Translations under genes and position numbers: made by a program | Notes under the pieces: generated by a model | Databases searched by the model: none | What the model saw: only the letters and a program-made list of their open reading frames with translations | Told to the model about the DNA's origin: nothing | Part shown: positions 56,157 to 64,000 of the stretch, piece after piece | Layout: each line of letters opens with the position of its first letter | Numbering within the stretch: the stretch's first letter is position 1 | Assembly: GCA_049852185.1 (NCBI GenBank) | Contig: CP187540.1 | Strand: one strand, 5' to 3' | DNA length: 64,000 bases | DNA from: Methanocaldococcus sp. 28A | Lineage (GTDB): Archaea; AGJL01; Methanococci; Methanococcales; Methanocaldococcaceae

Positions 56157-56346
56157 GCCTCAATGATGAAAGTTACCGTTCTGGTTATCCGCTACTTTTG
56201 GAACAATTGAAACAATTGTAGCAGATAACCTTCCAGCCTCCTAATTTCATCGGCTGGCAATCGGGGGGAACGGGAACTCCCCACATCTTCGGATTAATAG
56301 CAGTCCCATTCGGGCTTAGTTTCCCCCACATATCGGGACCGCTATA
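56157..56346 (-). ncRNA. HgcC/omegaRNA-like structured RNA, copy 2, with putative 19-nt 3' guide
   Basis: Stems ATAGCGGTCCC/GGGACTGCTAT, GGTTATCTGCTAC/GTAGCGGATAACC and CCGTTC/GAACGG; TATA-like TTTTAAATA upstream on the minus strand. Confidence 0.6.
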
Positions 56347-56387
56347 TTACAATCTTGTGGTTGTAGTATTTAAAATTTGTTGTAATC

Positions 56388-56460
56388 AATGCCTCGATGA
56401 TGAAAGTTACCCCCACCGACCTTTTTGGGATGAAGAAATCGGCACTGACTGAGAGGCATT
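56388..56460 (+). ncRNA. C/D-box guide sRNA, probably targeting 23S rRNA domain IV
   Basis: Stem AATGCCTC/GAGGCATT; C box ATGATGA, D' CCGA, C' GGATGA, D CTGA. Guides AGTTACCCCC and CGGCACTG are complementary to recalled archaeal 23S segments GGGGGUAACU and CAGUGCCG. Confidence 0.85.
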
Positions 56461-56463
56461 ATT

Positions 56464-56574
56464 TATAGTTGTGTGTAAAATAAAATAAACTTTTATAATG
56501 GCAATTTGAATGCCTTCCATAAGGAAGACATTCACTAATTCCTTATTTTTAAGATAGTTTTGCACACAACTATA
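56464..56574. repeat. Palindromic repeat, family B
   Basis: TIR and central palindrome as in 3266-3379. Confidence 0.88.
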
Positions 56575-56595
56575 GTCTATATTAATTCTATGTAA

Positions 56596-57951
56596 GTGAT
56601 TTTTATGTTTGTAGATGAGATTATAAACAATTTAAAAGAAAATGAATTCCTAAATACTTCTCTTTTGACTAAAAGTAATAAAAATAGATTATACTATGCT
56701 GTAAAACAGCCAGATGGGAATATAAAAGTTGTTTTGCCTTTTGTTTTTGAAAATAAAAATTTTTTAAAACTTTCTGAATATGGAAATGGAATAGAAGGAG
56801 CTACGCAGAGGGTTATTGAAGAAATAAAAAAAGAAATAATTAATAAAAAGAGATTTTTACCATTAGCAGGATATTTTGGTAGAATATATAAAGCTTTGTA
56901 TGAACCATTAACTGTAGTGAATTGTGATTTAAATTTGGGATATGATTTGTGGAGAGCTGACAAATATAACTATATTAAAGGAAATAAGATGTATCTAATG
57001 CTCAGAATGATTTTTAAAGAAAAAGATGCTAAAGAAATTGCTAAACAAATCAATGCGCTTTGTAATAACTTAGATAAATTTATTAAAAACATTTCAATTG
57101 ATTTATTAATTGATGAAGCTAAAAATATAATAAATCAAAAATATCTTAGGGATAAATTGGATGAACTTGGTTTAGTTTGCTTTATTGCAAATAATTCAAA
57201 GCCAGCAAGAAAATATACTGATGTTAGAAGGCATTACAGAATAGCAGGACCTAAGGAAATAAATATTCCATTTGAATGCCCAGAAGAACTTGAACCAATA
57301 GAGATAAAGCTTAAATATGGTAAGAAAATTAAAGGATTGGGTATAAAAAAGAAAGAAATATTTATAATTACTGGAAGAAATGCTCAAGGAAAAACAACTC
57401 TTTTGCAGGCAATAGATAGTGGTAGAGATGACCACTTAATTGGAGATGGGAGAGAGTTCATTATAACTACTAAAAGCCTATCCAGGGCATCAACTGGGAG
57501 TATGGAAATGAATGGACAAGATATAAGTATGTTTTTCCAAAAACTACCTCCAGGAATTAAAGGAACTCCAAAAGCTGTTTATGGAACTGCCTCAGGCTCA
57601 ATGTATATGGCTTACCAAATACAAAGGTCTATAAAAAATAAAACTAAGCTTATTTTGATAGATGAAGACAACTCAGCTGTAAATTTATTAGTTAGTGGTG
57701 TTTTAAGTAAGTGGTTTGAGGGAGTTAAGTCACTATCTGAAATAATTATAGAAAATAGAGAAAAACTTGGAGATAGCTCTTTTATTATAGTAACAAGTTC
57801 GTTGGATTTATTAACTGCTTTGGGGGATAGGGCAATTTACTTAGAAAACCATAAAGCTAAATATCTTGATTTAAATTATTTTAGAAAAGAGCTTGGGAAA
57901 TATTACTTAGAGTTAGCATCTATGTTATTGTATGGAAAATTTTCTAAATAG
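56596..57951 (+). CDS. P-loop ATPase of the ABC-class (ABC_ATPase) family
   Basis: GRNAQGKTT, GDGRE, TASGS and LIDED motifs. Confidence 0.8.
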   Translation: MIFMFVDEIINNLKENEFLNTSLLTKSNKNRLYYAVKQPDGNIKVVLPFVFENKNFLKLSEYGNGIEGATQRVIEEIKKEIINKKRFLPLAGYFGRIYKALYEPLTVVNCDLNLGYDLWRADKYNYIKGNKMYLMLRMIFKEKDAKEIAKQINALCNNLDKFIKNISIDLLIDEAKNIINQKYLRDKLDELGLVCFIANNSKPARKYTDVRRHYRIAGPKEINIPFECPEELEPIEIKLKYGKKIKGLGIKKKEIFIITGRNAQGKTTLLQAIDSGRDDHLIGDGREFIITTKSLSRASTGSMEMNGQDISMFFQKLPPGIKGTPKAVYGTASGSMYMAYQIQRSIKNKTKLILIDEDNSAVNLLVSGVLSKWFEGVKSLSEIIIENREKLGDSSFIIVTSSLDLLTALGDRAIYLENHKAKYLDLNYFRKELGKYYLELASMLLYGKFSK

Positions 57952-58382
57952 TTATACAGCACCTCCAAACATCATATAGTTATTAAAAAAATAAAATAGA
58001 GGATGATAGAATGAACGACATAAAATTGTTGGCTATAAAATCATTTAATAAATTTAACGAATTCATAAACAACACTCTATGAATTAATCCAAAGATTTAT
58101 CGAGTTGAAGATTATACAAGCCTTCCACAAGGAAAGTATTTGCTAATTCCTTATTTTAATTAAGATATAAATACTATCTTGAGGAGGAATATAAAAAAGA
58201 ATATAAAAAAAGAAGAAAAATGGGAATTCGATTTTAAATTCCAAACTAATACATAATGTGCGAAAGTCCTATTATTAGATGAGTTCGAATATTCAATCAT
58301 GGTTATGCGTAATACTCAGTCATGTATGTTTAATACATATTCGTAGATACTGTATTATTATTAAATTAAATCTGTATTATTA

Positions 58383-59402
58383 TTAAATTAAATCTAATTT
58401 ATATTTTTTTGCTAAGTCTAAAGCAATTACCATCTCCTCATATGTTAAAGTTCTATTTATGTCTGGATAATATTTAGCTTTATATTCTGGACGATATTGA
58501 AACATTACATTAACTACAGCATTGTCCAAATATTTAGAAATAAATTCAAATATTTTCTCTGTGCAACAATAAAGGTGGTTGGGCATTACTAAGTGCCTTA
58601 TAATAACTTCCTCATCTCTTATAAGTAAATGATTTCTACTAATTATATCAAAATAGTTCTCAATTTTTGATAATCTTTTTCCACATTCATTATTTCCAAA
58701 TTTAAAATCTGTTAAGAAAACATCAACGACACCTTTTAATAAACTTAGTCCCTCAACAGTCAGATACATATTTGAGTTCCAAACAATAGGAATATTTACA
58801 TTTAGATATTTTAATGTCTCTAAAATACTTAATAAATGAGGAGTAGGCTCTCCTCCAACAAAATTAACATTTTTTGAAATATTTCTTCTATATTCTATAA
58901 TTTTAGCCATTTCTTTTGGATTATAAGGGATGCATAAATTTGGTATAGAATCATCAAAATATATTTGAGATATGTCCCAATTTTGGCAGAAGACACATTT
59001 AAAATTACATCCACAGAAAAAAATTGTGTGTGATGGCACTAAAATATCTTCTTCACCATAATGTAAGAATTCTGATGAGTAATAGCTTTTTTTTATTTTA
59101 CAAAATCCTCTCTCATTTTCTCTATTTACATAACATCTGTGCTCACAAAAATAACAATTTCTAAAAATTCTTTTAGCAATTTCTATTTTTAAATCTAATA
59201 AGTTTGGTTTAACAAATTCCAAATCTTCAAAATTGATATTAAAGTCTAATTTTTTTATAAGTTTGTTATGTAAGTTCCATAATTCGTTTATTTCCAAACT
59301 ATCAAATTCTTCAACTTCTATACACTTAGTTATTATGAACTTTGCTGGGACTAAATCTTTTGACACAGCTAAATATCTTTCAAGTTTCATAATCTCACAC
59401 AT
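58383..59402 (-). CDS. PflX-like radical SAM protein
   Basis: CYFCEHRC, GCNFKCVFCQNWDIS and VGGEPTP motifs. Confidence 0.88.
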   Translation of the reverse strand: MCEIMKLERYLAVSKDLVPAKFIITKCIEVEEFDSLEINELWNLHNKLIKKLDFNINFEDLEFVKPNLLDLKIEIAKRIFRNCYFCEHRCYVNRENERGFCKIKKSYYSSEFLHYGEEDILVPSHTIFFCGCNFKCVFCQNWDISQIYFDDSIPNLCIPYNPKEMAKIIEYRRNISKNVNFVGGEPTPHLLSILETLKYLNVNIPIVWNSNMYLTVEGLSLLKGVVDVFLTDFKFGNNECGKRLSKIENYFDIISRNHLLIRDEEVIIRHLVMPNHLYCCTEKIFEFISKYLDNAVVNVMFQYRPEYKAKYYPDINRTLTYEEMVIALDLAKKYKLDLI

Positions 59403-59461
59403 TAATAGTTAATTTAAATAAATAAATATATGTAGGATATAAAAAATAAAAGATTAGAGAT

Positions 59462-59851
59462 TTACTCTTTAATTAATATTGCATTGACAGTTCCATCTTG
59501 CCCTGGTCTTGATGTAACTTTTGCCAAACCAAGCTCTGTTTCAATAATTGCTCCTTTTGTTATAACGTTTCTTCTAACGTAGTGGATGTTTGCAGTGTTT
59601 TCTCTAACTTTTATTATTTTAACTTTTTTACAGGTATTTGTTTCTGGGTCTAACACATTAGCAAAGCCTGTTCTAACAACTTTAACCTTTAAGTTTCCTC
59701 CTCTTGTTCTAACCTTCTTTACTTTGATAACATCTTCTACTACGTGTGTTTCAATTGGTTCTCTACCCATTTCATATTTTCTCTTTTTTCTTGCTGGTCT
59801 ATATAATCCTCCTGTTGGTTTTCTTCTACTTCGTCCTTGCCATACACTCAT
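59462..59851 (-). CDS. rps8e: 30S ribosomal protein eS8
   Basis: SRRKPTGG and TSRPGQDG motifs. Confidence 0.97.
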   Translation of the reverse strand: MSVWQGRSRRKPTGGLYRPARKKRKYEMGREPIETHVVEDVIKVKKVRTRGGNLKVKVVRTGFANVLDPETNTCKKVKIIKVRENTANIHYVRRNVITKGAIIETELGLAKVTSRPGQDGTVNAILIKE

Positions 59852-59877
59852 ATTAACACCCGGTAATTGTTTTTAAT

Positions 59878-59972
59878 ATAGGCCTTTCGCAGAATAAATA
59901 TTTTATTGACATGGAGACACCTTTAAGGTGCCTAAATTCCAAGATTAATATTATAAACTGCGAAAGGCCTAT
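59878..59972. repeat. Palindromic repeat, family A (perfect TIRs)
   Basis: ATAGGCCTTTCGCAG...CTGCGAAAGGCCTAT. Confidence 0.88.
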
Positions 59973-60167
59973 AAATTTTCAATTAGATTTCTCTCTTATC
60001 CTAATCCTATAACTTCTTTGGAGAATTTATCCCAAATACTATTTATAATTTTATAATTTTTAATTTAAATTTTGTTTTGTAAAAGAGACACGGGTCAGCA
60101 TGCGAGTCTATAAATAATGAATAAATACATAGGATATATAAAAACTTAACTATTATATTATGAGGTT

Positions 60168-60400
60168 GAGGATGTCAAGATAAGATTAAATATATATGTG
60201 CAAATACAGGAAGATATGACACTTATGATAGAAACATTAAAGAAAAGGATTATTAAAGTCAATAAGAGATTAAAATTTTTAGCAGGAGAGTTTGTTTCTT
60301 TCACAGTTTGAGAGCATAAGTCATGAATCGGTTAGGACATATTAAACGAGCATGAAAGAAAGACAAGAAACATAATAGCAATCGATGAAACTAAACTAAA
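60168..60400 (+). mobile_element. Deleted IS6-family copy (left end)
   Basis: Left TIR GAGGATGTCAAGATAAG matches the 13975-13991 TIR; relics SHESVR and IAIDETKLK. Confidence 0.8.
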
Positions 60401-60535
60401 ATATAGTATACTGAAACAATTATAGTAAAATACATTCTAAAAAGAAAAAGATTGAACAAAATCCATTTTGGATTTTATAACTCTCCGCTCACTTTGTGAG
60501 CTCCGAAGCCAAAACGATTAATAAGAAAAAAGAGA

Positions 60536-61789
60536 TTAAACTTGTTGCCAGTTGATTTTTCCAGTGGTTGAGTCCCAGATTCCAACCAACTTCCAACCAT
60601 CTTTTGTTACTGAAAAGATTCCATAGTTTCCACTTGCTCTATCATTCCATTCATTTAATTTTATGTAGCCAGTTACTGATTTAACACCAAACTTACCCTC
60701 TGAATATTTAACTGCATTCTCTTTTATTAATTTAGCTAATAAATCAGCATCGTATTTTCCTTCTTTTTGTAACATTTCAGCATAAGAAATAGCTCCTACC
60801 CAAAACGCATCATAGACGTTTAACGCATACTGGTCAGGTTCTCCGTAACCTCTTTTCTTAAATTCTTCTTTTATCTTTTTAGCTTCATCAGTTTCTGAGT
60901 AGAACATTGTTGAATACAATCCAACTTTTTCAGCTTTATTCTTTACTTCTTCTATAACTTTTTTACTATTTGCTGTTCCATCACATCCTATCCACTTGTG
61001 GTTTAATAGTGGTGAGTTATCTGGAATTTGTGCCAATAGGGTTGCAACTTCTTCATAACCAATGAATATTATTCCTGTATTGTTTCCTTTTCCACTAATA
61101 TCATTTGTTGCAGTTTGAATTATTGGACTCCAATCTCCAATGTTAGGGTCATAAGGTATTTCATCTATTATATTTATTCCATTAGCTTTTAATTTCTCAA
61201 CTGTAGCTTTCTCTAAACCATCTCCCCATGCATCTTTTCTATAAATAATAACAACATTCTTTAAACCAAGTTCTTTAGCTAAATCACCTATAGCATTTCC
61301 TTGGAAGTTGTCTGTTGGGACGAATCTAAAGATGTACTTTTTATCTTCTGGCTTAGCACATCCAATCATTTCTGGTGGAGCTGTTGATGATGGAGATATT
61401 ATTACAAGTTTGTTTGAATTTACGAAACTTTTAATATTTTTAACTTCTCCACTAGACATTGGACCTAAAAAAAAGTTTATTCCCAGAGTATGAAGTGCTT
61501 GTATTTTATCTAAACAAACCTTTGGGTCTGCCTTTGTGTCTTCAACATAGAGCTTGACTTTATAAGGTATTCCTTTCTCTTCAAAGTATTTATTTATCTT
61601 CTCTTCAGCAATTTCACAGATATGCATTTCATTGTTTCCATAGGTTGCTAAACCACTGGATAAATCAACTAACAACCCAACCTTAATAACATTTTCTTGG
61701 GCTGTTGAAGATGTTTGTTGGGTACATCCTGCTAAAAATACTCCTCCAACGATTATTATCCCTAAAAATAGAGCAATTATCTTTCTAAT
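60536..61789 (-). CDS. Branched-chain-amino-acid-type ABC substrate-binding lipoprotein, starting at ATT
   Basis: The frame stays open upstream of the ORF-track start and encodes signal peptide RKIIALFLGIIIVGGVFLAGC; GAGGTGA SD lies 4 nt before ATT 61789; periplasmic-binding type I motifs. Confidence 0.85.
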   Translation of the reverse strand: MRKIIALFLGIIIVGGVFLAGCTQQTSSTAQENVIKVGLLVDLSSGLATYGNNEMHICEIAEEKINKYFEEKGIPYKVKLYVEDTKADPKVCLDKIQALHTLGINFFLGPMSSGEVKNIKSFVNSNKLVIISPSSTAPPEMIGCAKPEDKKYIFRFVPTDNFQGNAIGDLAKELGLKNVVIIYRKDAWGDGLEKATVEKLKANGINIIDEIPYDPNIGDWSPIIQTATNDISGKGNNTGIIFIGYEEVATLLAQIPDNSPLLNHKWIGCDGTANSKKVIEEVKNKAEKVGLYSTMFYSETDEAKKIKEEFKKRGYGEPDQYALNVYDAFWVGAISYAEMLQKEGKYDADLLAKLIKENAVKYSEGKFGVKSVTGYIKLNEWNDRASGNYGIFSVTKDGWKLVGIWDSTTGKINWQQV

Positions 61790-61870
61790 AATATCACCTC
61801 ATTAAAAGCTATAGCAATTTTATTTTTTATGAATATATAATATTTAAATTTTTCGAGATGAATTTTGAAC

Positions 61871-62145
61871 TGTAATATCCTGAAATTATTTCGCAATTAT
61901 AATTCATGAAATCACCTAAATATTATTAACGGTATTTTCGAAATAAACCTCGTAAGGAGTTCTATAATCTAAAGAACGATGAGATTTTATTTTATTATGC
62001 TAATTAATCGATATTCAACTCTTCATTTATCCGTTCAACTTTTCCTATGGCAAGACTTTCGCACTTTATATAATTAAATTAAGGAAAAAATAATACCAAA
62101 GGCATCAAATTTCATTAATATTATTTATACCTGCGAAAGTCCTAT
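61871..62145 (-). mobile_element. IS481 derivative, copy 3 (one end), plus family-A repeat 62051-62145
   Basis: TGTAATATCCTGAAATTATTTCGC end; same IS/repeat junction as copy 2. Confidence 0.78.
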
Positions 62146-62156
62146 TGTAATAACAT

Positions 62157-63212
62157 TTAGATTTTCTTATAAACATGGATGTGTCTAATCAGCCCCTTAT
62201 GGACATATACTTTATAAAGTCCTTCTAATTCCATCTCAAGGTCAATCTTTTTTGGATATGCAAAAACAAAGTAGCCATTTTCTTTAATAACCTCTGGGAG
62301 AGTTTCTAATATCTTTTCAATTTCACCTTTTTTTGCTGTCGATATTCCATAAGGAGGGTCTGTTACAATGGCATCAACTTTTTCTATGTTTAATTCATTT
62401 AAAAACTCTTTTACATATTTGGCATCTAATTTTTTAACTTTTATTACTTTATCTAACAAGTTGTACTCTTCAAGATTGATTAAAGTTCCAGAAGCCATTC
62501 TCCAATCTATATCACAACCAATTAGCTTAGCCCCAATTAAACCAGCTTCAATTAAAAATCCACCAGTTCCACAAAATGGGTCTAAAACAATATCTTCTTC
62601 TTTAACTCTTGCTAAATTTACCATAGCTCTCGCAAGTTTTGGAAGCATACAACCTGGATGGAAGTATTTTCTTAAATGCGGTCTATTTTTTTGGAAATAT
62701 TCTCTGTCTCTCATATATAATACATTGGAAATAAAAAATGTATTTTCTAAGATAACCACTCTAACTAACACATTTGGTTTTGTTAAATTTACTTTTGCAC
62801 TAGTTTTTAATTTTATAATTCCCCCAATTTCTCTCTCAATTTTTAATGAGTCTATGGATTTTGTAAATTCATCTTTGTAGAGTTTTAAAACTCTAACAGC
62901 AAATGATTTGCTCTTATTAATGTCAGGATAATCAATATTTGCTATAAAATCTTTAAATGAGTTTATAAAATCATCAACAATTTTATCTACTAAATCTATA
63001 TTCCTTTCTTCTAAATTGTATTTGAATATTATCCTATGCCCTTCGTCTATATACCCACTTCTTCTAACAACATCTTTAGCTGGACTATCTTCAGTTACAA
63101 CGTATCTTTTTAATCTCTCAATATTTCCATTGTAGTTAAAAATCTCCAATAATGCCATGAGCTCTCCATAAGGGATTTCTTCATGCTCTCCATTTAAAAC
63201 ATATCCAATCAT
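62157..63212 (-). CDS. trmG10: tRNA (guanine-10-N2)-dimethyltransferase
   Basis: THUMP domain, LDPFCGTGG and TDPPYG motifs. Confidence 0.9.
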   Translation of the reverse strand: MIGYVLNGEHEEIPYGELMALLEIFNYNGNIERLKRYVVTEDSPAKDVVRRSGYIDEGHRIIFKYNLEERNIDLVDKIVDDFINSFKDFIANIDYPDINKSKSFAVRVLKLYKDEFTKSIDSLKIEREIGGIIKLKTSAKVNLTKPNVLVRVVILENTFFISNVLYMRDREYFQKNRPHLRKYFHPGCMLPKLARAMVNLARVKEEDIVLDPFCGTGGFLIEAGLIGAKLIGCDIDWRMASGTLINLEEYNLLDKVIKVKKLDAKYVKEFLNELNIEKVDAIVTDPPYGISTAKKGEIEKILETLPEVIKENGYFVFAYPKKIDLEMELEGLYKVYVHKGLIRHIHVYKKI

Positions 63213-63249
63213 AATTATACCTCAAAAATATTTTTTAGTTTTAATTCTA

Positions 63250-64000
63250 TTATTTAGAATATTTGATTAATGTTTTTATTGTTAAAATTCCAAATAGAAA
63301 TGCAAAAATTCCGGATGTGAATTCTCCAGTCACTAAACCTCCATATATTCCAAACATTCCTAACCCTAAAATTATAGCAAATAAATAAGCATATCCTATA
63401 TGACATACTAAAGACCTAAATATAGCTATTATCAAGGATTTCTCTCCCTTTCCAATTCCTTGAAACATTGCAGATGTTGTTAAAATAAATGGAGTAAATA
63501 GTAAATATAATGAAACGATTCTTAAAGCTTTAACAAGTTCTTCATGAAGTCTCATAGAAACTTCAGTGTAAGTAAATAGATAAGACAAAACTGGGGCTAA
63601 GAGCAATATTAAAGCAACTATAACAATTTCCATTAAAATTCCAATTTTTATTGTATAAAAATAAGCTATTTTTAATTTTTCAAAACTCTTTGCTCCATAA
63701 GCGGCTCCTATAACTGATGTAGCTCCACTTGCCAAACCTAACATTGGAATAAAACCAAACTCTGTTATCCTTAAAGCTCCAGTATAGACAGCTAATCCTT
63801 CGCTACCTCCAACAATCATAATTATTGATGTCATTATAAAAAATGATACTGCAACGGTCATTTCCATTAGTGCTGAAGGAATTCCTACTCTAATTAAATC
63901 AACAAAAATATTTAAGTTAGGTTTAAATTTTGATAACTTAACAGTAACATAACATGCCTTTTTTATAAATAAATTGTAAGCTAAAATTAAGAGGGATATA
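63250..64000 (-). CDS. MATE-family efflux transporter, 5' part outside the window
   Basis: [16 protein letters not shown] and FQGIGKG MATE motifs; frame continues to the window edge. Confidence 0.85.
   Translation of the reverse strand, partial: ISLLILAYNLFIKKACYVTVKLSKFKPNLNIFVDLIRVGIPSALMEMTVAVSFFIMTSIIMIVGGSEGLAVYTGALRITEFGFIPMLGLASGATSVIGAAYGAKSFEKLKIAYFYTIKIGILMEIVIVALILLLAPVLSYLFTYTEVSMRLHEELVKALRIVSLYLLFTPFILTTSAMFQGIGKGEKSLIIAIFRSLVCHIGYAYLFAIILGLGMFGIYGGLVTGEFTSGIFAFLFGILTIKTLIKYSK

Noticed and set aside
58011-58250. Short ORF-like stretch MNDIKLLAIKSF
   Set aside because: Early stops and no recognisable family
58350-58393. 22-nt tandem duplication at the radical SAM gene stop; similar 16-nt duplication near 6668-6698
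   Set aside because: Simple slippage duplications with no array structure

Overview
AT-rich chromosomal segment of a Methanocaldococcus-type hyperthermophilic methanogen; the proteins closely resemble those of M. jannaschii. Most of the window is core genes: cofE, trxB, cobS/cobQ, nadC, mdh, hcgB/hcgC, pheS, dph2, the rpl22-to-secY/adk ribosomal cluster, pyrC, an MCM, purT, polD large subunit with a full-size intein, rps8e and trmG10. Non-coding features are tRNA-Leu(UAA), two C/D-box sRNAs, one H/ACA sRNA and two cas-less CRISPR arrays with different repeats. The intergenic spaces hold many decayed IS481, IS6 and IS5/IS4-like elements plus two families of palindromic MITE-like repeats. The most unusual observations are: (1) stand-alone omegaRNA/HgcC-like structured RNAs, one whose 3' tail matches the neighbouring C/D sRNA gene next to a G-rich motif; (2) a complete membrane-protein gene forming a 393-nt 'spacer' inside a CRISPR array; (3) a 290-nt multi-hairpin element; (4) cofE taking its start codon and RBS from an IS end; (5) a lipoprotein gene with only an ATT start; (6) a PolC intein ending in Tyr-Gln. 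All family assignments come from recognising the sequence by eye; no database searches were run.
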